DNA from: Macrostomum lignano | Lineage: Eukaryota | Reading direction: 5' to 3' | Length of the DNA stretch: 64,000 bases | NCBI GenBank assembly: GCA_002269645.1 | Contig: NIVC01000365.1 | Location: 1 to 64,000, forward strand | Part shown: in pieces, positions 31,076 to 43,870 of the stretch | How positions within the stretch are numbered: the stretch's first letter is position 1 | Layout of the letters: the number at the start of each line of letters is the position of its first letter | Position numbers and translations under genes: made by a program | The notes under the pieces: model-generated | The model's input: only the letters and a program-made list of their open reading frames with translations | What the model was told of the DNA's origin: nothing | The model's database searches: none

Positions 31076-34000
31076 AAAAAATTTTTTATCAATACTTGTA
31101 GATCCCAAAAGCAAGGTCAGAATGAGCTGATTTTGCACAGATAACTTTTACCCCATTCAGGCTTTCATTGGATTACATTGTTACCGAATTCTCCCAGGAG
31201 AAGTTGACTAAAGGTGCATTGTCAAAATTGAACCAGAGTTTGTCAAAATTGAAGCTTGATCAGTCAATATTGATTGTAGATTTCGAATGCCCAACCATAG
31301 ATTGTCAATATTGAAGAGGAGTTTGTCAGTTTCGAAGTTCTCCTTGTTCAAAATCAAGGGTAAAATGGTATAGTTTGCGATTAGTGACATAAAGAATTTA
31401 AAGTTAACTAAAAAGTAAAATTTTGTGGTTCCCTTTTGGTGTCCAAGGTGGAGCCCTTAATCTGTAGTGTTAGTCTATATGGTGGTTTATCTCAATCTGT
31501 GGTGAAGCCCCCAATATGTACTATTAGTGATCTATGGTGGTTTATGGAATGTATGGAAAACAAAATATATGGAATAGATGCATGGATATGGAATATATTT
31601 ATATATTCGCAAGGCATGAATTCTGAAGCCGGAATAACTGCACCAGGCTGTGTTATGTGTTTTCCATTTTTTATCTCTTATTAATTATCAATTTTATACT
31701 GCCAAATCTATCTCTGTGTCTATAGAGATCCGGCTTTTTATCTGGATATTCACCTAGTATTTCATCTTGCACTGCCAATCTGGATTTGATCTGGTTTGTT
31801 ATCCACATATATTTGCTAAAAACCAGAGGGAAACCAGAGATTTTTCTGGATGTACCCTAGGAGCTAGACCTAGATAAAAGTACTTAAAATTCACACTTTT
31901 ATCCAGAATGTTAACAATTCATTCAGCTTTTGTCTAGCATTTTAAATGGACATTTTATATTATAAACCAGATGAAAATCTAGAATTGTGCCTAGAGAAAT
32001 TGCTAGATGATTGGGCTAGGTGGGCATTATGGCATGGTATATAGCAAATGATAGATTGACATTAAAGTAATATATGAATTTTTTTGAAAAAAATATATTA
32101 AAAAACATTAAAAATGTATACATATAGGCTATAATGTTAGATTTGTTTTCATCAAAGCTTATATTGATAAAAATTGTGGTGAAAATTTGAATTGCTAAAA
32201 AGGTCTTAGCTTTATTATTGCAAGTGCAAAAAGGTCCTTTATTGTTATAACTGCAATTGGCACTAGTATGCACATAGTCTGGATTATGCTTGGTGCATAG
32301 GCCTATTGAAACAAAAACTGCTAAATAGTTACAAATGCACACCAAAAAATTTAGTGCATACCCACACTTTTATATCTATGCCAATGTTGCAATAATAAAT
32401 GACCTTTTTTAACATTAGTAACACTAGGCCTAACTCTTCCACATAATTCTATAAAGTGCATGCCAAGTATATATATGTATACTATTTTTTAGTAGTTGCA
32501 TGCCAACTATACATGCCAACTTTTGGTGTGCAAGGCCAATGCACATCCAAATTTTCAGGTATAAATTACATGGTCTAGAGTGCAGAATATGCATTGGTTC
32601 AAAGCATTCTAGCATGCACTAAGTGTGATCTAGATTATGGAGTTTAGCAAATGTTTTATGAAGATCATTATGGCCATTATTGCAAATAGTATCTAGCATA
32701 GATTGGTCCTCAATAGTGCAGCTATGTAGATGTGGCAATGTTGCAGTTTTTTGTGTAATTATTTTTACTTTTGAATATGTGCCAACGTGTCACGGAGGGT
32801 TTAAATTTGTGTTGACTTATCATGCCACATCATCCTAAAAGGCCATAGACACTTTTGGGCAAGTTTTAGTGAGGGGTGAAGGCAGCAATCTTTTACACTG
32901 CTCAAGATTTCCCAACCTAGAATTGCTTAAGATATACAATATTTTGCAAGTCATGGCAGGATGTCCAGCTGCATAATCATTTATAATCCCACCTGCTGAG
33001 GTTGTACCTGCTGCCAAGCTACTGAATCTGATAGATAGCACATTCCCTTTGCGCTACATGTATGATGTGACTCACGACACAGTATCAATCATTTGTTGGC
33101 TAGATAAGTTCCACCTGCTGGCTAATCTTTGGTATAGTACTGTATTGGATTGCCCATTATTATCCCCTACGAGGATTTAGATTTAGTTTTAAGACTTGTT
33201 TTGAGCAACTTTTGAGGATTCAGTGATTAAGGAGCGATGTTATAGTCCTATTAATGTTCACTTGTTTGATTGTTCATGAAATTGGTGTATATTCAAAAGT
33301 AAAAATAATTATGCGAAACAAACTGCAACATTGCCATAGATGCAAGTATATAGTCTAGCATATTAATGTAGTTTAATACAAGAAAGGAGATATCTAGCAC
33401 AGTTTAAACTTGGCTATAGTAGGGATTAAATGCAATCCTAAAGTCGTAAACCTAAATCCTAAACAAAGCTGTCACTAGGCCTAGGCCAAGATAATCTGTC
33501 ACTACTTTGTCTATTGCCAAATCATTTGTCCTATATAGCCTAGGCCTAGCCCTATAATCCGGATCATACTAGGTATACACCTAAACAAAAATTAAATAAT
33601 TACAAATGCACTCTGAAAAAATGAATGTATGCCCATTCTCAAAACTATGCTAGTTTTGCAATAATAAATGACATTTTTTATATCACAACAATTAAAAACT
33701 TTTTTAAATTGCATTATAGACCCTTTTTTAAGAAAAATTTAATTAGGTTAATTTTTCTGCTTTTTTGATTATACTAAGCATATTCATAATTGAAAATGCA
33801 TAGGGCCTACATGCAAAGATTTGTTTAAATGCTTTTTTATAAGCTTAAAAAAACTAGAAAGCTTGAAATTTACACTTTAAAATGAACTTTTTTTCATATT
33901 TTTTCTACTTTACAACAACTCTCATGTGATTCTATGATTAGGCCTATGAAGTGCATGCCAGGTATGCACACATAATATTTTCTTAGGAGTGGTGTATGCC

Positions 34001-34320
34001 AGCTGTACATATCTACTTTTGGCATGCAAGGCCAATACACGCCCAAATTTTTGGGCATATACTACAAGATCTAGAGTATAGGCCTAGCCTAGTTGTCAGT
34101 TGTCACTATCTGTTCTATTATATTAGGCCTAGTATTACCATAAAAATTTAAATATTGAACAAATTATTTCTTAATTTTAGGCAATCCTTTGCCTTTGGTT
34201 TCTTGCTCTAAATTATTTAAATCTCTTTTTTGGACTTTTTTGCTATTGCCAGCCAGTATGGCTAGCCAACCTCCAATGCCACAACCACAATCTATTGTCC
34301 CTGTAGCTGAAGTCCCCAAC

Positions 34321-34513
34321 AACCTAGCGGCTCACACAAATACTATAGAGGGAATGTGGGGCTACTGCAAAGCCACGTTCCAAGCTTTGCATGGAACCAG
34401 CAACAAGTTATTCAAAACATACCTCGTACCTGCAGGAGTTCATGTGGCGACAAGCTTTTTCCCATAACACTTCAGCAATATCCTCTACTGGATAAGACAC
34501 TACTACCGTGTAG
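34321..34513 (+). pseudogene. Merlin/ISXO2-like (IS1595-type) transposase C-terminal fragment
   Basis: HTNTIEGMWGYCK...HGTS..LFKTYL[7-bp duplication]QEFMWR fits the ISXO2 motif HTNxIEGxW...YLxEFxWR. Confidence 0.7.
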
Positions 34514-36383
34514 AACTCTGTGAGCTTGTTAGACTCTAAAAAGTTCAAAAAGGGGTTTAAATAATTAAGAGTGGGAAACCAAAGGATCGCGAGTGACGAA
34601 GAAAGAATTGAATACTACTTAAGTGACTTTAAGCCTAGCCCTAGGGCTATCACAGTAGTCAGTAAGTATCAATACAATAGAACTATGCCTATCTAATCAT
34701 TTAGTTTAGGCTTAAGTTAAGGCATAAATAAATAAAGTTTTAAACACAATCAATTTTGATTCAATTGAACAGCTTCTCGTTTTTTCTGCAGAATTCTTGA
34801 GTGCAATGCTTCAATTGTAAATATAAAAAATCGCTGGATAATATTACAATTGTACAGTCGAGAGTAAGACGTGCAAGGTAATCCTTGGGTTGTGGATATT
34901 TGTTCTCTGAAGCCCTGCTTGTCTTAAAACGAATTTCAAAGAAACCCTTTGAAACAAAGTGACCAACTTTAGCTTCGTGTGATTCTTTTCGTGCGACGTG
35001 CAAGTAAAATTCTAGCTTCAACAGGAAACATTTTTTTAAATAAACTGTTAAAAGCAACTATTATTTACCTTATAAATACACTATAAATGAAGCGTAAAAC
35101 CTGTTATAATACGTATTTTTATTTCAAAGCCGGAAGTTTTTACCCTTCAAGCTTGATAGAAATCGCGAGTATATAAATATGAAGTTTTACGTTTTATCAT
35201 AGTTTAAAGAAAAGTGACGTATTTTAGACGACTCGCGTCAAACGTGTATAAAGCTTAAAAAATGTTGAAAGGCGACTTCTCAGCGAGACTGGAACTGTAA
35301 AACGAACACACATCTGCCGCTGAAGATGAAAATAAAAAGCTGTGAGAAACGCAACAACTGTTTTTATCGTATTTTGTTAACATGCCCATAAAAATCACAT
35401 GTATGCATATAAGATATTCTCTAACTCAGTTTACAACATTTAAAACGGTGTGAACAATCAGATTGTAATATATATATCGAATTATATATAGACCTTAATA
35501 TATATATTAACCCTCGTTGCTCTAAGGTTGGCGCAGCACTGGTAGGGCTGTCATTGAAACAATATGTGCGTATAAGCAATCGCTTACCGCACAACAGGAC
35601 CACCTTTTAAAATTGTGACTGCTACTTGGATTTCTAGTGGAAATTAAGTCAAAATTAAAAACAATTTATTATAACCTTTGCTTTCCCGTCTTTCCGATTC
35701 GATCTTTTGCAAAGAGATTCGACATTGTGCTTCTGGCTGACTATTTCCCCACCAAGTGTTTTGTACTAGCCACCCCTTACGTAATAAAATCCTATATGAT
35801 GAGGACGCACCTTTTTTCAATCTTAGAACTGCACTTTTTGCTTCGATGCGCTTTTCCCCTACTGTCAGTAGGCTAGTTTGGGAATTTCTCTCCGTTCTCT
35901 CACCTAGGCAAAGTTCTATACTAATGTATAACATTACTATTAATTATCTTAGATACTCAATGTACTTCTCTTAGGATTCTAATTTTGGATTGTTTACGCA
36001 TCTTTGAAGGTCAGACTGTCTGGGTTTGAGACGGATTGACCTCTAACAGTCTAGACAGGCGACACTAAGTCTGGGAGGAATGTTTTCAACCCCATTCTGA
36101 CCCACAGATGTGTGGCTTTTTCACTGTTTTCAGTGATTTATGGCGGCATAGCTGTCACTTTTGGCTCCAGCCTGTCTGGGTCAAAGAGGTCTCTCCAGCT
36201 TTCTCCCCACTCGCTCTGTTACTTTCTCCTTTGATTTATGGGCGTTTTGCTGTCACTTTTGGCGCCAGGATGTCTAGACAAGGGACTTTTATTGCGTTTC
36301 GCTCATGATTTATGACCGCACCTGTCAACTTCCCTGGGGTCTGAAGGCCACCTGGCAGGGTGGGTTTTGGGGTTTTGAGCTCA

Positions 36384-36530
36384 GCCAATCAGAGTCGACC
36401 TGACTGCCCTTGGCTCGACCAATCAGAAAATTCGGCGCCTTTTTTAACAAAAGCTCTTAGCCAATCATAAAATTCGGCGTGCGTTATAACAAATCGGCCG
36501 CGTGAGAGCTATAAAAGGCGGCAACTCGAA
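36384..36530 (+). promoter_or_regulatory. Pol II promoter-like module: 3 CCAAT boxes + TATA
   Basis: AGCCAATCA (~36384), GACCAATCA (~36417), AGCCAATCA (~36460), GCTATAAAAG (~36508). No recognisable downstream ORF. Confidence 0.5.
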
Positions 36531-37995
36531 CCGCACTCGAGGTTACCGGGTCATTATCCCTACCTTGGCCTTGGCCAGACCTGCCGACCTTATCCCCTTC
36601 GGCTTCTGCAGAGTCTTCGACGTCTGATCCCCCTTCACCCGGCAGTTTCGGCTTCACCAGCTAAGTTCCCCTTGAGAGGTTTCACCAGTACTTCTCGGCC
36701 GTGAACAAAGGGCAGCAACAGCAATCGGCAGGTGAAGAGTAACGGCGGCACTCGTCAGTTAAGATCAGCAGCAGCATCCCATCTGAGCGCTGCGGTCTCT
36801 GTGGATTTCTTGGCCACCGGCAGATAGGTCCTCTGATTGGTTGGGTGAGAGGCTTTCTTGACCTGCTAAACTGGGTGCGCCCTTTGTCTGACCCCTTCCT
36901 AGGTAGTCTGATAGGATTTGCACTTTTGCTTACTTGCTTTTGCGTGTCGAACTCGAGGCAGAAGTGTCAGTTAATATTAAAAGTAGCCATTCGCTCTAAC
37001 TCAATTTAAAGTGTTTAGGATTGCGGATTAAGTGAGAAAGTTAAACCTGGAAGTTAAAGACTTAACGTTTTCTTTCTTTTTCGCAATGCCAGCTGAGATG
37101 AGCGGCTAGACCTAGAGGCAGGGGTCACAGTGAACCGGAAGCGACACAGTTCCCAGTCAATCAGTCGATCTAAGAAAACATGATAAGCATGCAAATTAAG
37201 TGCCAGACTGGTGCTTTCGCGCGGTCTCAGGCAGCTAAGCGGCTAAAACGAGTTAAATGTTAGTCTAAAGATCTCCAAAAGTAACAATGTACCTACATCA
37301 TCGCTATCTGTCGACGTGTTAACACATTTAGTGCCAAAAGCGTGCAGTCACGTGTACTGATACATGTACTTCTGGGAATTTGGTAATGAAATAGTACTTT
37401 TAGTTGTGTACCGGTATGAAGGCTCGCCAGCGCAAGAACCCCCTGCAAAAGTCCTCTCTGTCCCTGCATGGCCAATGTGATCTTAGTCCCAGCAGCGTCC
37501 CTTCTATTCGGCTATGACTTCGAGATTTAGACAGCTAAAAGACACTAGATGGCAGGTAAGTGCAGTGCCCCTCTAGTCGGAAGTCCGATTTCGATAGTTC
37601 CGGTTTGGTGAGCCGGGGCGCACGGACTGGTGGCAGCGGGTTAGTTAATCTGCGGATTAGCTAATCTCTACCTTTCAAATTCTCCCTGCTTGTCTCTCGC
37701 TGTCTTCTCTTAGCTATAGGACCTTGTTGCTCGCCCACAATCTAGCTACCATGGGGCTGACCATCTGACAGGAGTGAGAGGCCAGAGTTCTAAGTGATTC
37801 ATTTCTGAGTTCTGAGGCCCGAAGCTATAGGCTTAAAAAGGCCGAACCCATCATATAGCTGAAATTCATTTAACAAAAACATTTACAGACCATTTAAAGT
37901 TGGTTTATTATGCAGTAAAGTAGTAAGTAATCATTAATATATGCCCCATTAATTATTGTCAGTATCATGACGTAGCGAGAAACCCCGAACAGCCT

Positions 37996-40377
37996 CTAAA
38001 CAGTGTAGAGGCCCAAGCAGGCTGAGTTGCTAGTATGGAACTGAGTCGCGACCAGACTGACCGCCATGCACACTGCGCAGACTTCAGACACGGCAAAGAA
38101 TAGCCTGTCAGCAGCGCATAAAACGGCGGCCCATTCGTTGCTCCTCTGTTTTACCTGAGCTCCACTGACTGATGAAGATTGCAGCTGAGACTCCTCGGCG
38201 ATTGTCGGCTGCGAGCTTCTCACGAATCTGTTAAGGAAGAGAGCTCGGATGAGCCGATTGTTCACCGGAGCGCCGCTCTTCATTGCGAATTGGCAGTTGA
38301 GCACGAATGCGTTGCAGAACACGTTCAGAATTGTCATTAGCAGCGTCACGCTGAAGTACCAAGCTGCAATGAGAGAAATCATCAAGTTAGTTACTCTAAA
38401 ACAAATTGATGCATTGGAACTCTAAGAGATAAAATAGGTGTCGATCTGAGATAGAAGAGCATATATATCAGAACCAATGATGCTGGGGGGAGGGGTTTCA
38501 GCAGTTTTTCTGAAATCGAAGAAGCTTTGTGCATTGGACTCACTGATGAGCGGCACGGACTCGCTCTGAGCAGGCGTGTAGTCGCCAGCCAGCTGCAGGA
38601 ACACGCACATTGACAGCAAGATGGTGACGCTGAACGACACTCGCTCGCCGCACTCGGGCGGCAGGCGAAAGACGAGCGCAGCGATGGCAAGGAGAAGCAC
38701 GCTGGGCAGCATCAGGTTCACCACGTAGAATGTTGATCTCCGCTGCGGCAAGATTGTTAAAAAATTAATTTATTTACCAGCTAGTCCAGGTTCGAAAATT
38801 CTAGTCATAACCCGTACCGCAATCCGACGTCGGTCGATATTTCCCGACGTTTTTCGACGTCTATGACAAATATGAACTTTAACATTGCAACGACGTTCAG
38901 CCGACGTATTTTGGACGTCGTTATCTGTTCGATGTATTGTAAAAGTACATGGCTGTCATAGACGTTGAAAGACGTCGGGAAGGTCGGCCGACGTCGGATT
39001 GCGGTGCGGGTAAGAATTAATAATTGTAATATTATTCCAGTCACCTGAAAAGTGACGCCTAAGATTGCGGTAGTAGTTAAAAAAACCGGGTCAGCTTCCA
39101 TGACAGCGCTGAGCACGCAGTACTCGTTGTTGCTGAACATGTAGGAGGCCACAGCATCGCTTGGAGTGACTGGCTGAACAACAAGCCGCAAGTTCTTTGG
39201 AATTTGCATCCAGGTCGAGATCCTAGTTCTACAGGTCTGCGTATCGAATGGAAAGCGGAACATCAGCATCTGGCACTTCAAAGTGATGCTGACGTCAGAG
39301 GCTTTCATGACTGATCCGTTGTTGTGCACCAAAAGCTGCGAACTGTCGGTTGACAGGAACTTAATATCGAGACTGGAATTTGTTATTATCAAATGCGCAC
39401 GTTGAGAGGGAAAGGAAAAATAGAGAAAGCTAGTAAATAAAAGTTTTTATACATGTGCGACGTAACGGGAGTAAAAATGAAGTCTCATGCGCATACAGAG
39501 CTAGGGGTATTCAAGCTTATTTTTTCGTTTTCCGTGTTTAAAATATATTACTGTACGAAATTTCCAACTACACTTAAACATGAAAGTAAACGTTACTTTC
39601 TCTCCCACATAACGCTTTGGACAGGTCCTGTTCTCGTAAGGGATGTTTTCGGTCCCGCAGTCTTCATTATATCACAGGCCAGTTTATGGTTCATATGGAG
39701 TACAGTCGCAATTAAACAAAAATGGCGTTAGTGCTGTCTTACACGTTGTTTACTATAAGGTCCGGCTGCCACACCAGTTCAGCTGGCAAACTGATGGAGT
39801 CCAAGCTATTCAAACTGGAGTTCCGCTTGCCATACCACGACAGGCGTCGATCCACCCATTTCTAAAATATTGCAGCATCGTGTAAGAGTTGATTAAAACG
39901 AACCCAATCTCAAGAAAATTTACCTGCACTATCCACAGTCGAAGCGAAACCTCTTGAGCCGCCGAGTCCTGCAAAAGATGCAACAGCTGGATACATTACC
40001 GTGTTTGGGTAAATGAGTTGACCCTTCGATCTCAGATCAATGAATCTCTTGTGAAACAAAAAACTAAGCATGATTCAGTGTGGTTTAATATAATGTCAGC
40101 ACTTGCACTTGCGAATATCAACAATGAAAATTGACAAGGCGGGGCCCACCCCCCTGCTCACCACTCTGGCCAAGCTGGTCAGGTAGGCAAATATCTGCAC
40201 TGTGTTTGCGGACCCATTGTCGGGTGGCGGGCGTACGGCTTTGTTGTACTCCGTCCTGAAATTCAGCGCATCGAACACAGCCTGATCCAGAAAAACTTCA
40301 GAGGACTCCGTACCGAATGCGCCACTGAAGAGCGAGGGGGCGACCTGAAAAAAGACGACAAGGCCCAGTAAGCCCAT
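37996..40377 (-). CDS. Cys-loop ligand-gated ion channel subunit, nAChR/5-HT3-like, non-alpha, 6 exons, ~424 aa
   Basis: Exons 40377-40162, 39968-39924, 39861-39743, 39372-39045, 38742-38544, 38363-37996. Signal peptide, YNKAVRP, W.D.RLSW, VWQPDL, Cys loop CQMLMFRFPFDTQTC (C-x13-C), RRSTFYVVNL (M1), GERVSF (M2), M4 DRLFF. Confidence 0.9.
38811..39010. mobile_element. 200-bp MITE with ~58-bp TIRs and TAA target duplication, in receptor intron 4
   Basis: CCCGTACCGCAATCCGACGTCGG...CTATGACA and its reverse complement at the right end; TAA on both flanks (PIF/Harbinger-type TSD). Confidence 0.8.
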
Positions 40378-41905
40378 GCTGGATAGTCGGGCAGGCGCTG
40401 GAGAATGGACCAAAATTTCATGGTTTGTCAAGGATTTTATGCCAGAATTATTTACTATGAGAAATACTTCTGGGCCGGCCGGTGTCTTGGATTTCAGGGG
40501 TTTATCAAGATAGCAAATCAAACACTCATGCTCTGTATGCAGTATTTGCCTCTTCAACAGACTTTCTAGTTTAGCCTTTACAGTCGGCAGGATGCTGTCC
40601 CCCTTCAACCTGCCTCTTCTAGAGAAAATCAATATACTGGTAGCTCGTAAAATCCATCATAGAACTTACCTACGAGTGAATTCTTTCAAAGAGTCTCATG
40701 TGAATAGACCCCTTAGATACACGTACTTTATTTGATGAATTCAGCAAAGGAAACCGGCGTTTTGTATGGCTGCGTGATGTGCGTGTGTGACACTGTATTG
40801 CCTGTCAGGTGAAGTCGCAGCTGGTGCAGGAGATGCTGCCTCTGATGCTACAGGCCACCCTATACTGGCGGGGACAGGCGCGCACTTGGCTCCAAATTCT
40901 GTCATTGAATTACTTTAAAATACATCGCACCAATTCTTTGCAGTCTATGTGTTCAAATTGCTTTGATTTGGGACCAAATTATATTATAATTTAATGGTCC
41001 TCCTCGTACAGGACCCATTAACGCAGACACACGAATTTCAAAAAAACGGACTAAATTTTTTCGCGCACCTTCTCAAATAAGAATTAAGTCTCAGCCCTCC
41101 AGACCGTCGAGACAGGCAACGATTTGAAGGTCGGATTCTTCCCTTAAGCGCTAGTGTATTCAATGTTCAGCACTGCTTCTCAGTGCAGCCTTGACGAAGA
41201 CATATGTCTCAATTAGCTCTGACTTTAGTTGGTCAATGGCTTTCAACAAGCTGGCCCCAGGTGACTATGAACACCCTGTTGCGAATTTCTCTGAAGTCTC
41301 TGATCAGGCCTCAACTGCTAGGCATCCCCAGCCAGTCTCTCAAGTATTCAGTCGTCATTCAGACGTCGTCGCCTCCTTTAACGGATGGCACCAAGGTTTC
41401 GATCGGTTTCAGAAGTTCCTGTTTCTAAATATTTTGCCCGAAGCGTAATGTGTATCAGTTTCCCACTGAGAATTCCATTGGAGAAGTTCGACACGCTCAC
41501 ATGAAGAAGCGAAGCCATGACAACATCACATTTGAGATTGCAATAGACTGTCAGATAATAAAATATTTTTCAGGTATGTGCTGATTTTATTTAGATGGAG
41601 AACAGTTTGCTCGTATAAAATAATATTTTTAAGAAGCTTAAATCAACTTTTTGTAGATAGGTTGGGATTCAGTTCTGGGGGTTGGGATTGGGTTTTGAAG
41701 GCTGTGACGCTTTGAGTTTGCATATTAGATTATTTAACAAAGAAAAATTATACTTCTGTTTTTGCAGAAATCTCCATCGGCCAAAAATTTATCGTAGAAT
41801 TATTAAAACTTCTCTGATTTTCTGAACAAAAAAAGCAACATCGGTTTTCCCGTGAAGACTAAACGTAGTAGATTAACTTCAGCTGAAACCATGGCAGCCT
41901 AAAAT

Positions 41906-43253
41906 TCACACCTGCAGCATCATCCGCATCTCACGGAAAGCCTTGTAGCTTCCAATGCAAGCCGAGGCCATGCAGGAGGAACCGGATGTCTGGCTGGCTG
42001 AGTACACACCGTTCGGGTTGGAGTTCATGCAAGATTTCCACCAGTAGCCGCCGCTCCCATATTTGGTGCTGCAGCTGGTGGAAGAAGCGTCGTTGTCCCT
42101 GTCGAAGGTGGAGAACTGCTGGCCGCGAGCCGTCGACAAAAAGTCGCAGTTGGTGGTGGAGTTGGCGCTGAGGAAGCTGGCGTAGTTCATCCTGTAGTTC
42201 GTGCTGGAATTCCCAACAGTGAAGCCGAGCCACTCGAACGCGTAGAACTCTCCATCGAAAGTCAGGATCTCGACTCGCAGGTTTCTCGGGCTGGCTGCAG
42301 TCACATTGTGGATGCTTTCGAGGCCTGAAGTTTTGACAGGAACTTGTTAACTCTTCAATATGAGCTGTTATGAAGAGCCACACCCTCACGAGCCAATATA
42401 CTCTCGAACTTTCACAGTTGAAATGTAAAATTTCAATAAAACGGCAATGCCTTGCTTTTGAAACTGAAGACACTCACCAGCCCAGAACTCCGTGGCATTC
42501 CCGAAGCCGCTGACGTAGTCATTCCAGTTCCTGTTGAAGGCGATTTGACCCGTCTGTCTCTGCTGGAACACCCAGAATGTCCGGCCGCTGATCTGCTGCT
42601 GGTATCCGAAAGTCCCGATCAGCATGGCAGTCGGGCTGCTGGAACTCATTCCGGTGGCCTCGGTAGTTTCGGTAGTTTCAGACGTTTCAGTAGCTTCAGA
42701 TGTTCCGGTTGTTTCAGATGTTTCTTCATCCGTTTCAGGTGATCCGGTAGGTTCAGAAATTCTGGTAGTTTCAGTAGCTTCGATGGCAGCTGTTGCGTCT
42801 GGAGTTCAAATAGTACAGTATTGAAAGCATTGAAAGTCGGTTAGAAGGATAATCTGAACTTTAGTTACTCACCCGGTGCAGCGCGCATCCGGTACACGGT
42901 CGCAGCACCGGATGCGGCGCAGTCAGCATTGTCGGACAGGACGCAGACTCCGTTGATGAAGCTGTAGGAGAGGCTGTCGCCGGCCTGAGCGCATTTCACT
43001 GCGCATTCGATGTCGCTGCGAGCGCTCACGGTGACCGAGCTGGCATCGCAGGAGGCTTCCGCAATGACCGCGTCAAATCCGATGCTGGCGATGTTGTTGT
43101 TCAAGTCTGTATTGAAATTTATTACCGGACCGTATTTGAGTTGTTACGAGTATTAAGTATTTAATGATCGCTTAACAAACCGGACCTGAACTCACCTGAG
43201 GCAGCTGCAAAGGCAGCAAAAAACTGTAGACTGAGAAAAGCAAGGAGTTTCAT
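41906..43253 (-). CDS. Secreted PAN/apple + FReD protein, copy 2, 4 exons, ~343 aa
   Basis: Exons 43253-43196 (MKLLAFLSLQFFAAFAAAS), 43106-42873 (ECAVKC...FINGVCVL), 42798-42478 (T/E/S-rich linker + FQQRQTG...GFG), 42324-41906 (FSTFDRDND...MRMMLQV*); all phase 1, same intron positions as copy 1. Confidence 0.88.
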
Positions 43254-43870
43254 TTCTTCAGGGACAATTTCAATTATTTTCTTTCTGTTGCTTTCTTCCA
43301 GGCAACTGGCCTTGTTCTTCTTCTGCTTAAATGCAGCTTGGCTTTCTTGCGTTTCTGTCACGGCCGATGGCTCAGGCTTTATCTGCCTGGCTGAGCCTGC
43401 GAACAATGTCCTCATCCCAAACTTCTTGGCTCTCATGGCAGTGAGAGATGCGAGATGAGCTTCTTGACAACCGGCCTTCCAGCAACTGGTGCCTGCAGAG
43501 TGGGCCCAGGCGACACCCTCTGGAACACAGAAATAATGTCTCACGCAGTCGCCACGCTTTGTTGCCATTGCGGAAACGTGCAGATATTAAACTGTCTGAA
43601 TAGAATTTATTGCTGTCAGAGCAGACATGAGAGTTGGGCAGAAGCGCTGATCGAAGAGTAGAATTCATTGCATGTCTGGTTATTGATTAAACATTGAGGC
43701 TGCTGCATGCTTCCCTAGGACACTTTATTGTTTTCGTAGAGTGAAAGCCTTGCTCTGACTTAACCAGAAAATACAGGTGATTTATCTTCCAAATAAAATT
43801 TGAGACAGATCTCTCTCACCATGACTGTTGGCACAAATTTTTAAAATCAAAATTACATGACAGTGCAGCA

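Noticed and set aside
38740-39050. Apparent missing residues or MITE-broken exon before M1 of the receptor
   Set aside because: Splicing 39045 to 38742 gives LGVTFQRRSTFY, which fits the pre-M1 strand; the MITE is intronic.
41190-41790. Splice-like signals (CAG|GTATGT ~41573, TTTTGCAG| ~41767) and ORF 41191-41448
   Set aside because: No coherent reading frame or homology.
43650-43680. GAAGAGTAGAATTCATTGCATG, loosely like the 3' end of a flatworm spliced leader as I recall it
   Set aside because: No GT donor after ATG, no Sm site or stem-loops seen; not called an SL RNA gene.
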